Shown piece by piece: positions 20,849-35,134 of a stretch of DNA of 64,000 bases (positions are counted from its first letter, which is position 1; each line of letters starts with the position of its first letter). The position numbers were made by a program, and so were the translations under genes. The notes under the pieces were generated by a model. That model saw only the letters and a list, made by a program, of their open reading frames with translations, searched no databases and had not been told where the DNA came from. The DNA lies in assembly GCA_000708835.1 (NCBI GenBank), contig DF237060.1, forward strand, positions 1-64,000, written 5' to 3'. This stretch comes from Klebsormidium nitens. Its lineage: Eukaryota; Plantae; Klebsormidiophyceae.

Positions 20849-23800
20849 CTAATACTCACTTAACACCTCTCCAATTCTACTTCGCCTTTCCACCGCTTTC
20901 GGGTCTTCCTGGAAACCTAGCGCTTCCATCAGCTTAACTACCGTGGTTATGCCTAGTTCGTAGTTTTCCCTCCGACTCCGCCGTAGTAACCCGTCTAGAA
21001 CCGCCTTGTCCGGAACAAAACCCCTGTTCACCATATCTTGAAGCGTCACCAGGGCTTTGGCGGGATTCCGGTTGATGACGTGGGCTGACACCAGCAACTC
21101 CCAGGAGCGCTTGTTGGAAGTTACGCCGGACGCCTCCATCAACTCAAACGTGCGAACGGTCGCAGCGACCTGGATCAAGAGAGACGACGATAAATGTGAG
21201 GGAAAAGTTTTGAAATTTAGCTAACGTCCGTGTGACCTGAAACCCGAGACGAACCGTCTAAGGGACAGGCGGGTTACCTTGATGAACTAAAGAAGTAAGA
21301 GGCCGACGCCTGGGTCGCATTTTGTTTGTATTGTGCTGTTTGAGAGAGGATTCTGCGCCAATTACACAGGTTATCTCAGAAGTAGCATCAGCACCCGAAG
21401 GAAGAAACGTCAGCTCCAGCGGGTTTCAGAATGCTCGCAAGTCAGGAGCCATCAGCTTTTCAGTATCACAAGATTGGCTCAAACAACTTCCACAGGTTCC
21501 CGTTTCCGCGCCAACACAGTATATATCTTTCAAGCTCAGACGCCTCACAATATCAAACCTTCTAGCCACTCGAGTACCTCGCCCAGAGTTTTCCCTGCTC
21601 GAAAAAGCCCGCTAAGCTTCCCGGTCTCAACTGGCGCGCCTGGTCACATCCGTCCAGAAGCAATCTGTAGAACTACGTGCTTGACTTCACAAGCACTTAG
21701 CCAACACATTAACTCGCTAAGGATCCCCCAGCCCGAAAGCCCCGCTAAGCTTCCCCAACCTCACCTGGCGCGCCTGCCCACATCCATCCAGAAGCGCTCT
21801 GTGAACCTATGTGCTTGACTCCACACCCACTTAGCCAAGACAGCATCTCGCTAACACTCTCTCCGTCCAGAAAGCCCGCTAAGCTTCCCCGCCTCACCTG
21901 GCGCGCCTGCCCGCAGCCGTCCAGGATCGCGTTGTACGAGTGCACGTCCGGCTCTAGTTTGAACGTCCGCTGGATCTCGTCGAAGGTCTGGAAAGCCCGG
22001 CTCATGTCGCGCACGTTGACGCAGCCCTGGATGATGCAGTTGAGGCCCAGGAGGGGCACCCGCTGACCCGCGTCGTGCATCACGGTCAGCACGTAGTACG
22101 CCTGAAGGGTTAAGAATTGGGTTTAGCGTCCGACAGCAACTGCGCATTGTGAATAACCCGTAACAAGCTATTTGAGTAGGCCTGTAGACAAGCGGGAATT
22201 AGGACCAAATCTTAAAAGCTGCAACCCCATGAAAGGCACCCGCTGCCCCGCCTCATGCATCACGGTCAGCACGTAGTACGCCTGCAAGAATTTACTGCGG
22301 GTTAAGCGCAAGGTTAAGGAGCAGGAATTTGGTGTCAGCTTCTCAGAAGTGGAGGCCCAGGAGAGGAACCCGCTGCCCAGCGTCGTGCATCACGGTCAGC
22401 ACGTAGTGCGCCTGCAAGGGTTAGGGATGCCTTTAGCGTCGACAAAGAGGGGTTTTGTTGTCGAGAAAGAATTCAGGCTTTGCCAACTCTGAGGCGTCCT
22501 GGAAGAGGCGCGCGGTGATTAAGCCCAAGGTTACACGTCAGATTAAGCGTATGGTTGTAAAGCTGAAGATCTGGCTTTCAGCGTCTCAGTGGTGAGCCCA
22601 AACGAGGCCTGCCTTGCCTCGAATGCACGCAACCTGGCAACGCACGCCCAGCGATACCAGCACGAACATTGCCCACGTAGGTGATTCCGAAGTGCAGTGA
22701 AGTTGGGAAAGGCTTGGAAAGTGTCGGGGTGAATTAAGAAATACATGGTGAAATGCGAACATGAGGCCCAGAGGGGCACTGGCTGGCCCGCCCCGGCGTG
22801 GGAAGCAGCCTGCGATCCGCCTGGCTCGCCCGAAGCAAACGGAACCGGCAGCTCGAGTAGCACGAGATCGTTGTATCAGGGATGGCACACGAAACGCCTC
22901 CAAACGGGAACGCAGGGCCTACTGATGCGTCTGACCAGGAAATGTCTACAGCCGCACGTTTGACCGGCCCTTTCAAGAACAGGCTTATACGACCCCAAGA
23001 AAGAGCCTGATTGCCGCAGCTCGGGCTGCTTTAAAAGACTCTCACGCATGTGCGTACAATCACTGCTAGTGCGAGACGCAGTCGGTTTGTGGGAAGACGC
23101 TGGACGCGTGCACCCGAAACGGAAGCAGGGACTCAATTCCTCCGGGGAGGGCGGGTATGCAGAATAGGGACCAAGATTCCTGACCTCCGGAAACTTTCTC
23201 GATCTGGGGAGCGATGACGGGCCCGAACATAGAATCTGAGCCCTCAGTTTGCATCGAACGACGCTCGGCTGCCTACTAAAGAACCATTGGTCGCCTCGGG
23301 GGGCATTTCAAAGACAGGCTCAAACCCCCTACCGCAAGTTCCTGAGATCACGTTGACTTGTACCGGGCGCACTGAGATTTGACGCAGCCTTCAAGAAGGG
23401 GTACGGCACAGGTAAACTACTACCCCCTACAGTAGCTTCCTGAGATCAGGAACGTCCCGAGATCCGGAACCTGAGATCCAGTTCTGGTCCCTATTCTCCA
23501 TACCCGCCCTCCCGGGGTCGGTTCTTGCACTCCGTGCGTCAAAAACGGGCCAAACACCAGCGGAACGAGGCACGGTAACGATTAGTGCAAGGCGGAAAGG
23601 TGGAATGCGCGCGCACCTTGTCCAGGGCTTTGAGCCGCCGGCTGAGCCTGGCAATGAGCCACTTGTACGACTTAGCGGGGTCCAAAACCAGGTCCGCCTC
23701 CTCGGGATCCATCTCTGCTAGCCGGGGCCCCAAACTTTCCTGCAAGGGAAGCATAGGAGACTCTGGATTGTCCGTCGAAACTGGCAACTCCTAGGTATTT

Positions 23801-26800
23801 TCAGAGCGTAGCGGTCTAAAGCAGGCACCCAAAAGACAGGCGGGGTTGGAATGATGGTAGAAGAGGGTATGGATACAGAGCGTGCACACTCTGATCGAAA
23901 GTTCTTGTGCCTGGCAACTCAACCTTCGAAAGTTCGTTCACTCAGCAACAATGAAGCCAATCAGTTTTGCCCTTTTTTCTTCCTTTCTAACTTCATCGAT
24001 ACTCCTTTACCTGCTTCTGTTTGTTGGTACAGTCCTCCGCCTTCTGAACCTGACTTGCAATCTGCCCCCAACCTGCGTGGATCTCTGAACGCAATGCCTT
24101 GTCTTCGATAGACATTTCTCGTACCAACCTGTACTCAAACCGAACCTTTCCTCCTCACCTCTAGTTGCGCCAGTTCCTGAAACAGGCGCTCCAGAGGAAT
24201 CCCCCCCTGCGACGGCCTCGGCACCGTAAGCGCGTGCAGCCGCGCCAGGTGCGCCGCGGGGCTCGGCTCGCCCACCGCCTTCAAGAGTCCCGCCCATGCT
24301 AGTTGCATCAGGTCGACGTCCCCGCGCCGCGCAGCCGTGTGCAGTGCCGCCGTGAGAGTGCCCTCGTCCAACACGTGGCTGCGCTTGTGGAGCAGGTTTA
24401 TACACAGGGCGGCGGTCTTGGCGTCGTCCTGGTCGATGCACGCCGTTAGCACCTGGAAGGACAAAAGTTGTTAGATTCCTCGGTTAAGTGTTTCAGACTC
24501 TGGGTTTTGGTAAGACTGTGCTTGTGGAGCGGTTTATACAGAGGGAGACGGTCTTGGCGGCGCCTGGTTGATGCACGCCGTTAAGACCTGCAAAGACAAG
24601 CAAACCCTTCGACTCTGTTTTTCACACCAAGCCCTCGGACTTCGCAGTTTGGCTGCGCTTGTGGAGCAAGCTATGGACAGAGAGAGGAGGTCTTGGCGCT
24701 GTCCTGATCGATGCACGCCTTTACTACCTGCGAACAAATTTCACCAGGTTTGGATACAGGGTTTCAGGGACCAAAATCTGGGATTTCTAGTTTTCAGCGC
24801 GTGTGGAGCAAACTCAAACCGAGAGAGCGGTCTTGACCTCGTCCTGGTCGGTGCACGCCGTTCGAAACTGCAGAAGCGTATTGAGGCTAAAATATCCTTG
24901 ATTGACTATGTTCGGGGTCCCTGCCCCAAATTCAGACTGCAGCGCCTTTCACCTCCCGCACCATAAACGCCTAGAACGTCAAGCAAGGTTTCTTTCTGAG
25001 CGAAGACACGGGCTCATACTTAGCTCCCACAAAGAGTTCCAAAGTTTTCCGACCCCGAAATCTAGGTAGAACCAATCCTGAATTTCCTCACCTCCTGCAT
25101 CACAAAGGTCTTGATCTTGACGTCCTAGGGACGCATCACTTTGAGCAGCCAGCCAGGTAATCCACTTTGCTCCCTTCGGAGCCCCGAACACTCATGGCCC
25201 ATAACTCACAATAGGCAAATCGCCAGATGCGCAATAACGAGAACAGTCAAACGCAGAAGCGCGTGAGGCCCCTCACCTCTTGCACCATGAACGTCTTGAT
25301 GGCGATGTCCTGCGCGAGCATCACTTTGAGCAGCGCCCCCGCCTCCTCTGTCCGCTTGGACCCCTCCCCGATCGACCGGATGTGAGATATAAGCACTTCC
25401 TGCAGCGTGCGCGGGGGCGGCATCAACCTGCATGGAGCAGATTAACGGTTCGAGTGGCGCATTTTCCACGTCCGGCGACGCACGATTTGTACTTGGGCGG
25501 CGCCTGGACCGCGCTTTCGAGTGGACTTATGGCTTGACCGTTTCCAGGTTGCACGATGATCTAGCGCCGTCACATACCACCTAGTGCCGACCAGAGGCTT
25601 TGGTGATGCATTCGCCCACCTGAACTTTGTAAATGGAAAGACACGAACCGGCAAAAAAGTGCACAAGGGTGCGCTTGCGTTTTCTTGCAGCGTCCAGGGG
25701 CCCTCCGCATCAGCCTGCACCAACCGGCGCATGCCAAAGACCACCAGCGTCTCATATGCTTGGAAGATCGTGCGCTTCTGAGCCACACAGGGCGCCTCAA
25801 CCCCCAAACGGACGACATTCGGAAAAGCGCAATAAGCCCAAAGAGTATTCAACGGAAGATTCAAGTCCGCTTATGTACGAAAAAGATGACCGACTTTCGT
25901 GTGGCAGATCGGATGCCTGCATGACACAATGAAGCGTTTCTCCACTATCGAAGCGAATAATAGACGATATTGTCCTCACCCCTTGGCAAGCATCTCGGTG
26001 ACGTAGCGGTGCGCAGTCATCGAGTACTTGCCCCACGAGCAAACGAGCGCCGCCGTGTTATATGTGTCGTGGTCCGGCGCCACCCCTAGTTCTTGCATCT
26101 CGTCCACCAACTGCAACGAATGAGAAGTCAATGTGAGGACAAGTCTCGATGAAGCCGTTTGAACATATCCCGGAATGACTGCTTCTACATCACAAATAAT
26201 CCGGAAGCTCGGCAAGGATTCTAAACAACCGGACTCCGAGAACGTCTTGAGGAAAAAAGGTTTTAGAGACTGATAGTTAAACGACAATTTTGAGCAATCG
26301 GCTCTGACAGAGATACAGGCAGAGGAATCTTCAAAAATGGGGACCCAAGAGGTAAGGGGCTCGAAACGCAATTGTGATTGCAGGACGATTTTTTTCACAA
26401 TCTGCGAATCCAGTATGAACAACAACTGCTGCCATCAGGCAACAAAGCTGCGGACAACAAAGTCCAAATGCTGATGTCACCTCAGTTGCCGCCTTGGCGT
26501 TGGCGAACTCGTCTTGGAGGGCAACCTTCAGGAGGGTGTTGTAATGAAGGCAACTGGGGACGATGCCATGCTTGCGCATCTCTTCGTGCAGTCGCAGGCA
26601 CCGGTTTAGGTCAGCCTGGTGTCAACAGAGAACAACTAGGTTAAATATAACAGAAGGTGACACAGACCCTCGTTGGGCAGCCGCGAGAACCAGTCATGTC
26701 TGCTTGGCATTAACAAGAAACAATTTGGCACCACACACTCCCAGAGGTGTCTTGCGAACCGATTGTCACGATGCCCAACCGCCAGTCTACCTTTTGTCAA

Positions 26801-27989
26801 GAGTCTGCTGAGGCTGATGGCCTTGTCACGAACCTTGTTGCAAACTTACCTTCGAGTGCAAAAACGCCAGGAGTACCGACGTGTACATTTTCCCAGTCAG
26901 CCGGTCCGAAACCTTTTCGTACTCGGACTGGCACCAGTACTTGTACGTGCTGAACTCCTTTGGCACCTCCTCGTACTGCCCCATCGCGAGCAGCTTCTCC
27001 AAGTAATCCTCCACCATCGAAACCGTCCGGAACTTTGGCGAGGGCGCACTGTTTTTGGGCTTCACACCCCCCTTTGCCGCCGGTGTCTCCGGCCGCCACG
27101 GGCTCGTGAACTTCTCCCCCGCTTCGGCCGCCGCCGCCACTTGGAACTTATCAGGCCACCGATACTCCGCTAGAAACGGGGCACCGTTGTGTCCCGCGTT
27201 GCGGCGTTCCGCCAGCTCCCGCAGACGGTACGCCTCTAGTTCTTCCCGCGAGGTCTCCAGAAACTTGTCCAAGCGCGGGTCTACTTGCGTCCCGTAGCAA
27301 TCCCTTGCCTTGAGCCCATCGTTCGCGTCGATCTCGACCCAATGAACCTTCCCCCGCCGAGCCTCCGCTTTTGATGACATTCGGGGCTCTTCTGCATGTC
27401 GGTGAGCTGCCGCGTCACCAGACGAGCTCGCAAAGCTGTGGCTTTCCTTCCGAGACTTGGCGAAATATTCTTCCGAAGTGATGGGACTAGGAGGGGCGCT
27501 CGGAGCGTCATCAAGCCCAGTCCACCCCGCACCATTACCAGCTGTTGGTGGCTGAACCCCAAACCTTTTCGGCTTTTCCGCAAGCGCAGCTTTCGCCCAA
27601 CTCCTACCACCCCCGCCATCAACCGCACTGCCGCGACTCCTTGTCCTGCCATCAATGCTGCCGTTCTCAAACGTGTCGCTGTTCTCGGAGGTCGCGTACG
27701 CATACTCCTGACAAGCGGGTGCTGTCGCTGCAAGCCCCGTGAACTGCCGAACTTGAGAAAGAGCTGAAGGTCGTGGCCTTGGTGCATGGAAACCAAGAAA
27801 TGAAAGACTCCCGTTCGCGGGGTGTGAAGTGGCGCCAGTGTGGCCATGTGCAAAGTCCTCCGAAATGGAGCCCTGATTTAACGGTCCTAAGGAGCTGAAA
27901 ACCTGTGGCAGCAGTTGGGAAAGGACCCTCAGGCTGTGCTCTTGCAGGGCGAGGGAGCGCCTCGCGAGCTCCGCGCTGGGCCCCGCCAT
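20849..27989 (-). CDS. P-class pentatricopeptide-repeat protein, probably mitochondrial, about 8 exons (first 27989-26850, last ending at 20849)
   Basis: PPR motifs: MRKHGIVPSCLHYNTLLK, MQELGVAPDHDTYNTAAL, LNCIIQGCVNVRDMSRAFQTFDEI, EPDVHSYNAILDGCGQARQ, WELLVSAHVINRNPAKAL. From memory the C-terminus resembles Arabidopsis At1g26460-type PPRs; this was not database-checked. Confidence 0.85.
21604..22415 (-). repeat. Degenerate intronic copies of both edges of the PPR exon 22101-21897
   Basis: Tail-plus-donor copies at about 21604-21660 and 21735-21795. Acceptor-plus-head copies (cacggtcagcacgtagt(a/g)cgcctg) at about 22236-22285 and 22367-22415. Confidence 0.8.
24525..24875 (-). repeat. Three degenerate intronic copies of the acceptor and head of the PPR exon starting at 24452
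   Basis: ggtcttg...gtcctggtcgatgcacgcc...ctg motif recurring at about 24550, 24690 and 24830. Confidence 0.8.
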
Positions 27990-28734
27990 TCTGATTGTGC
28001 CTGTTCAATTGGGCTCCTGCGAGGTACGCGACTTAAGTTAGAGCAAGACAGATCTCGCTCGCTGGATCTCAACCTTTACCGGTTCAACCGTCTTTCTCGG
28101 TGCCCTGTACCTCGATCATTACCAGATTCAGCATCAGTGCTTACTTCTAGTTGTCTCCTGTAGCCGTCAACTATCAATCATCGACGGTTCAAATCAGCGT
28201 GAGATCTGGTGTCGGTTGAAATATCTACAAATTTTAGCGCCATATTTGCAGAGTGCACTAGGTACCCAGCTTGCGAGGAAGGAAGGAGCAAGCTGCAAGG
28301 GAGGAGCACGGGAGGAAGGTGAAGGAAGGAGAAGCTTTCATCAAAACTCAAATGCGGGACGTGCTTGCTTGACAGAAGACGTCTGCGGGGCTCTTCGTAG
28401 AGGCAAATTGAAGTGCAACGGGTAGCGTGTTTTGACACCGAACGCAGTAGCAAATAGCCAAGAGGTATTGTGAGCTCAATGTGGCGGTTCGCCGTTGACC
28501 AAATCTGATTTTGATAGAAGCTCCTGTTAGCTGCTTTACATGCGTTGCAGCCATACGCTAGGGTTGCCTGCTGAGTGATTGCTAACAGGTGATCAATTTA
28601 AGAGACTCTGCATACTGTCCTTTCGCAGGAGGCCAAGCGAGGGTTACCCAAATATGCCCAGATTGATTGAAGTGCTCCTAAAGTTCCAGTCACAGGCAAG
28701 CAGGAAAGTGTGACAGAGTGATTAAGGCATCAAC

Positions 28735-31700
28735 ATGACGCTGGCAGGTGATGGGGTTTGCATTAGCCAGCGCATGAGCCAGGTGCAACTGGAAACCCCC
28801 AAGCAGAGGCAGCAAGTTGGAGGAATTGAGAGCCAGGCTGTGCAATCAAGAGAACAATCCGGCAAAGCGACCTGGGGCCTTGATGACAACAGCCAGGACC
28901 TCCTTTGTAGTCAGGACTTCTTCTGGTATGTCAGCCACCACATACATGAAAAAGCCAGATGAGGATGATGTTCTGGAAGGCGTTCCTCGGAAAACATTGT
29001 GAAGCCTTGCAGAACCCAATCAGAGTTAGCATCACTACACTGCGATGAGAAACAATCTCCCTTGACAACCTGAAAAGAAGGCGCTGGTTGCTGCTTAGCA
29101 GAAAGTCTTGTTGTGACCAGAGCAGTCAGCAACCTGCAATCAACGCACTGCAACAAGGGCAGAATGATTCAATTGATCCGCTGATTCCCAGCTCAAATGC
29201 AAGTACAATCATTTGATAGGCAGATATAGCAGCCCAAACTGAGAGCGGCAATCTGACCGGGCATCTGGACGCAAGTTCTGGACCGGTACCTTCCTAACAG
29301 CAAGGGCTTTTACTATGCAGCACTCCTGACTTCATCACCCCCGTCGAGCAGCAGTTCAACATAGACCTGAGCAGCAAGAAGGAGAACAAGGTCAGCTGCC
29401 CCTACATCGATAGCAGGACCGAAAATGTCAATCAGCATGCATTTGACGCCTAAATTTCATGAACATACGCATCCAACGGGGTTTTTTGCTGAGTACATCA
29501 TAAACAAGGAGAAGCCTCTGATGTTATATCAACTGAAATACAATCACTGGGTTGTTTTAAACAGAGAATCCCCTCAAACTATGCGGATGCACGACGTAAC
29601 TCTTAAGTCCCAAAAGCCACATGTGTTTTGTATTTCCTCAACAGGAGAATGTACGGCCACAAAGGTCGCCAGTCCAGTTCTCCCCTATGCGGAGCAAGCG
29701 GCCTCGGCCAGGTAAGTCGTGAATACAAGCAAAAGTGATTCCGCCTTGCGCAAAGGGATGCTCGGTTACATCCTCACGATTCCACTCCCATCTTCTTACA
29801 GCTTGGTGACTAGGTTGACTATCATTTTGGGTATGTCTCAATGGGTATGGTTTTAATCACCACAAAGCCAGCCCTGTGGTCCCTTCAACATCGGTCACCT
29901 GCACTCCGACGGCTTTGTCTGATGAAAGAATAAGTGCCAAATTAAGCCTGGTTTTGACGAGCGCGCGACTGCGCTTCAGCCCTCACTCGCGAGCCGTGGT
30001 TTCAATGAACGGTCCAAACTGTGGCTGAAACTCTGACAAACCCATTGCACTTTGCTCACCGCGCCCCCATTCTTTGCAGATCTGCCCCCTCGCGTCCCCT
30101 CTTCCTGGTCCCAACCAGAGCCCGAAACCAGCTCCCAACCTCTCCCCTCTGAGACCAATGACATGAGCCAAGACCCCCCTCCTGAGAGCCAGGACAATGA
30201 AATGGAACACTCATTTCACTTCGACCTGGGGGGGTCCAGTCAAGGGCTCCCAGGACCCCCCGACGACGCCACCTCGGGCGACAAAATGGTCACCTCGTCT
30301 GCGGGGGGGAGGGCGGACTTCGCCGGCTTGACTGCGGAGTTGCAGGCTCGGGAAAAGGAAAGGGTTTTGGGAGGGGCTGAACCTGGGTCAGAGAAACTGA
30401 GCCAAGAAGGGTTTAGAATATCGAAGCCAAGCAAGCCCCCCGCACAGCGGCAGCCTCTTTTCCATGCTGGAAGTGTGGGGGTGGCAAAGGCAGCCCCCAC
30501 TCCAAAATTCAACAGTGGGGGGAGCACTCAATTCAGCCAGCCCCGCCCAAGCCCATTCACTCCAAGTGCAAGCGCTTTCCGAGGGGGGGCGCCCCGCCCT
30601 GGGGGGTCTACGGGGCGGCTGAACCAAGCGTCAGCAAAAGCACGGTTAGGGTCTCAGTTGATAACCAATAACCCAGCGGCGGATAGGAACAAAAAGGCGC
30701 CGCTTACGCTCTGGGGGGGCAGCCAGGCTGCGAACCGAGCCCCGACGGCTCCCCCTGCGGAAGAAGTCAGGGTCCCAAATGCAAGCCAGTTTATTCCAAA
30801 CGGGGCGACAAAATCCTCGAGGATCTCGCAGCTGGCGGTGATGAAGAACAAGGTTCAGTCCCAGCCGTGTGTGCGGAACCCTTTCTTAGTGGAGGCGGGC
30901 GAAACGGAGCCGGGAAGCAACAAGACTAAGTTTACTGGTGAGTCTATCTGATAATGGGAATTTGCTGGCTGCTCGAGATTGCTGATTGCTAAACAGTTGT
31001 GCTTCTGGGGCGAAGCCCAAACCTTCAACCGGACAAGAAGCATATCCGAATTGCTGCAGGACACAGCGTGTGCTTTCTTCAAGGCCGCTGTTCTCCTCTT
31101 TGCAGATGTCCCAATGAGCAGCCCCGCCTCCAGATATAAGGAGGACTTTCACGAGATCAAGGTGGGCATCGACTTGTACTAAATTGTCCCCGATTGCGCT
31201 TCGAGAAACAAGCCAGATCCTTGATGAAAACCCGTTGCAACGCAAAAAGGTTTCTGATTGGGGTATTTGTCGTTGAAGCTGGGAGCTTTGGAAGAAATAG
31301 GGCATCTGTTTAGCATACGCCACTCAATTGCTTATGCCTTGGGGTGAGAGGTTCAGAACAAAGCACGAAGTGTGCAGCTCAAGCCGGGCTTCTGATCTCG
31401 TCGTCTTTGATGAATCTGCTCAATGATTTCATAAAAGGTCGGTTTCCTCTCTCTGTCCTTGACTCTTATGCCTGGGCTTGCAACCCGTGCAGGAGATAGG
31501 CCGGGGCAACTTCAGCCGCGTTTACAAGGTGCGGAGGCGCCTTGACGGCTGCCTGTACGCTATGAAGCGGTCCATGAAGCCAATTTACCAGGACTCAGAG
31601 AAGTAAGGCCGCCCGCCCTCCAGTTCAGGGCACGCATTCTGTTGGCTCGTATCAAAATCCAACCAGGGATCCCTTACAACGGCAAGGCCGTTTATTACTG

Positions 31701-33849
31701 TAGGAGGCCAACGTCGATCAGTCCTTCCGGGCGTTTGTTGAAAGGATTGAACAGATTATGAACAATCAAGGCAACGTAGTACGTGCATGGTGCGACTTTT
31801 CTCTCCGAGGAATTGCTTGTAAAAAAGGAACCTTGCAGAGCTTGACTCGTCATCTTTGACATTGCAGGAAGGTGGCGCTTATGGAGGTGCAGGGCCTTGC
31901 TGCAGCAGGTAAGCAGACCTTCGTTTCTGCGTGCTTTCTACTGTATCTCGACGCCCTCTCTGCAAATGTCATTGTTCCAAATCTTCTGCAGCACGGATAT
32001 GATCAAGTCTATGCATTTTGAACGGAGCGAAGCAGGAAACTTGCTAATCCATGATCGATTCCGGCAGTCCAAAGTCTCCAGCACTTCGGTAATCATGTTT
32101 GTGGCACACGGAACTGATCACAAGGTTGGAGCAGATCACGAGATCGCGTTGTAGATGCGAAGGATACTCCGGACAGGTTCTTATACTCGTCATCGTCTAC
32201 AATCTGTACTCTTTTCAAGGTTTTGTAAATGCTGAAGCGAGACTACATTTTGACTTTGAGTCTCCATCCAAGCCGTTCAAAATCTGTTGCGTTCCTACAG
32301 GGAGCCATCCCCACATCGTGCGCTACTACAACGCCTGGTTCGAGAGCGACTACCTGTACATACAAACGGAGCTCTGCGAGCGGAGCCTTGAGGTCAAAGA
32401 GGGCGACACGCAGCCCATGGCAGAGCTCGAGTTGGTCGCCGTGATGCAGCAGGTAAAGCGGTGGACTCCGTAGCTTTCTTCAGAAGGTGTAGGATTGACC
32501 TTGCTTTCCTGTCGTGAATCTTAGCGCTCGCTTTAGGAGATGACACTTCCTTATGCGACATGGGGTTCCGTATTAACTTATTAGCTCGTCTTATCGTCAA
32601 TTGCTGGGTCTGGCTTTAACGAAGAGAAGTGTGTGGTTCAGTCGGCGATGGTATTACTCACCGCTTGCTTACCACGTCTAAAAAGTTGCCACGTGTCACA
32701 TAGCGGAAGGCTTGCAGCGCCAGCACACGCGGGGAAACAGTCCGCTTAGCAAGCTCACTGCGTTGTGCCACGTGGCAGATGGCGGAAGCACTACAACACC
32801 TCCACGCGCGCGGCATCGCCCACTTGGACCTGAAGCCGGACAACATCTACGTGTCGGACGGTTCGTACAAGCTGGGCGACTTCGGACGGGCGGTGCGGGC
32901 CGACTCGGTCGGGGTCGAAGAAGGGGACAGTAGGTGAGCGCTTGTGCTCAGCACTGACAGCTTCAAGATACTTGTTGGCTTTCATAGAACTGTTGAGGGG
33001 AGCCGAAGTTGTTACTTGAGTTGAGCACTGTGTTCAGCTGGATGTGGGGTCACATGAAGCCGGCTTGTTGGGTATGATTTGCAGAATGTCCCTCCCTTTT
33101 GGTGTTGCTTTGTGCTGGGCGACGGTAATGAGCCCGGACTTCGTCTTGGACTCGGAACAGAGGAGCCAAGCGAGCAAACTCGCGCTAGCTAGCGAACCGC
33201 AATCACAACGTTCTGCGCTTGAGGCTATTGCCAACTTGAGCTGACGCCCTTTCCTTACCGCCCAGGTACATGCCTCAGGAGATTCTGAACAGCGCCTCGA
33301 AGTGCGACCTCACGAAGGTTGATCTTTTCTCGCTTGGCGCGACCTTGTACGAGCTCGCGCGCGCAGAGCCGTTGCCGAAAGCAGGGAGCGAGTACCACCA
33401 GATCCGACACGGCGATCTGGCGCCAATGCCGCTTGTCTCCCCGCATTTCACGGATCTTGTCAGGGTGAGAACGCCCCACAAAATAAGAATTGAACGTGGG
33501 ACGGGATCTATTTGCTATCCTTCTGACGTGCCTTCTAAAACAAGACGGGATGCGGACTTTTGTCAATATACTCTGCAAGTCGTTGCGTCATTCTTGTTGG
33601 GCTGTCGCGTGTCAGGGCTCTCACGCATGACTTCGTCGCGCTTGTCAAATATACGGTAGAGGTGCGTCACATCTGTTCCGTTTTCAATCACAATGAGTGC
33701 ACGCACGATTCCGGTGCTGCACGACCTGTCTCAAACCAATGACCCCCGTCTCTCTGCAGTCGTTACTGCATATAGACCCAGCCGCACGACCAAGCGCCGC
33801 AAGCATTCTGGAGCACGCTTCGCATCTGCGAAAGTCAACTTATACTTGA
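28735..33849 (+). CDS. WEE1: Plant-type WEE1 kinase, about 11 exons
   Basis: SQDFF-CTPDFITP, SRYKEDFHEIK, EIGRGNFSRVYKVRRRLDGCLYAMKRS, ALMEVQGLAA, HPHIVRYYNAWFE, HLDLKPDNIYV, YKLGDFG, EEGDSRYMPQEIL and KVDLFSLGATLYE, each on GT-AG bounded exons. Confidence 0.93.
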
Positions 33850-35134
33850 GGAATACAACACTGAGATTCTCTTGTAGCAAGGTGTCTGTCCGTCGAGTTG
33901 GAGAATAGGTCTTTGGTTCTTACGTTGTACGTTCAGGGCTGTTGGGGGACAAAACCGGTCCATAACACCTTCTGCCGGGACACGTCCCGGCGGCCTGCTT
34001 CCGGCAAGGCTGCAAGAGTGAGATGATGTGCAGCCGCTTGCTGCACGCTTCTAACCTGTTTCTTTAGCATGGAAGCCAATCCGATCATCACGTCTGCCCA
34101 CGCATCTTGCTTGCAAGGTCTTTGCCGCTCTTTGACAGACGAGCATGGCACCTTGTGTGACAGATTGAGCGTTGATCGTCTGGAACGCTTGCGACAGTCC
34201 ATTGCATTGGGAGATTCACTATATTTCGTACATCTGTGCCCTACATTGGTACGCTAAGCCGTATTTGCAAGTGGACAAGCACCGCAGCCAAGTTGCGGAT
34301 CCATGTTTTATTTCGCGATCGTTGCAAAGCTGGCATGGGTTGTTCACAAAGCTTGGCCGTGACCAAACAATTTTTTGGCCTATAAAGGATATGTATGGAC
34401 ATACCATTGGTCGGATCTTATTCACGCCGGGCACTCCGACTCTATGATGGCACCTAATAATCGCCAATAAGATGATCAGATCTGCAGGAAATAACGAGCC
34501 AACGGTGCGCCTGCTAGAGCGGAGAAGGCATGGAGTTCCCAAATCCCGCGCCGGTCGATCAAATTGTAGTGCATGATTCGCTACCGCACCAACCTCCAAG
34601 GAGGATTATATGAGATTCTGTCAATCTTTAATTTCGAGCATGCATGCCAGCTAGTCAGATCTCATGATCCACCCGGCGTCATACCTCGCGCGTGACACTT
34701 GAAGGTGCAGGCGTGCCCTACAAAGATTGTCAAGCTACCATGCCCTGTATTAGGTATACGTTGCGTGCCACAGCCTGCATAACGAGCCAGGCCGAATTGC
34801 AAATGTGCCTCTAGGAATGCTGATGCCTCTTACAGATGTAAACGGCGCGATCCAACAGTTATTTCGTCGATCCGCAACCCTAAGCTTTGACACTGCCCTA
34901 CTCTGACAAACTACGTCAGTCCATCTATCAACCGAGTAACTTTCGGCTCGTCATTTAGATAGCTGCACTCTCCTACCAATCTTGAGAAGATTGCGTGCGT
35001 CCTTTTATGAGGCCTAATTCTGAGCGGGGTCCGCCTTACAATGGACTTTGTGGGTTGCCCAATGGAGCTTCTGGTGCTCGTTGCTGCAGGGAAAAGCCTA
35101 GGGTCACGTGCCCGGTTGCAACAAGGATCTGTCG

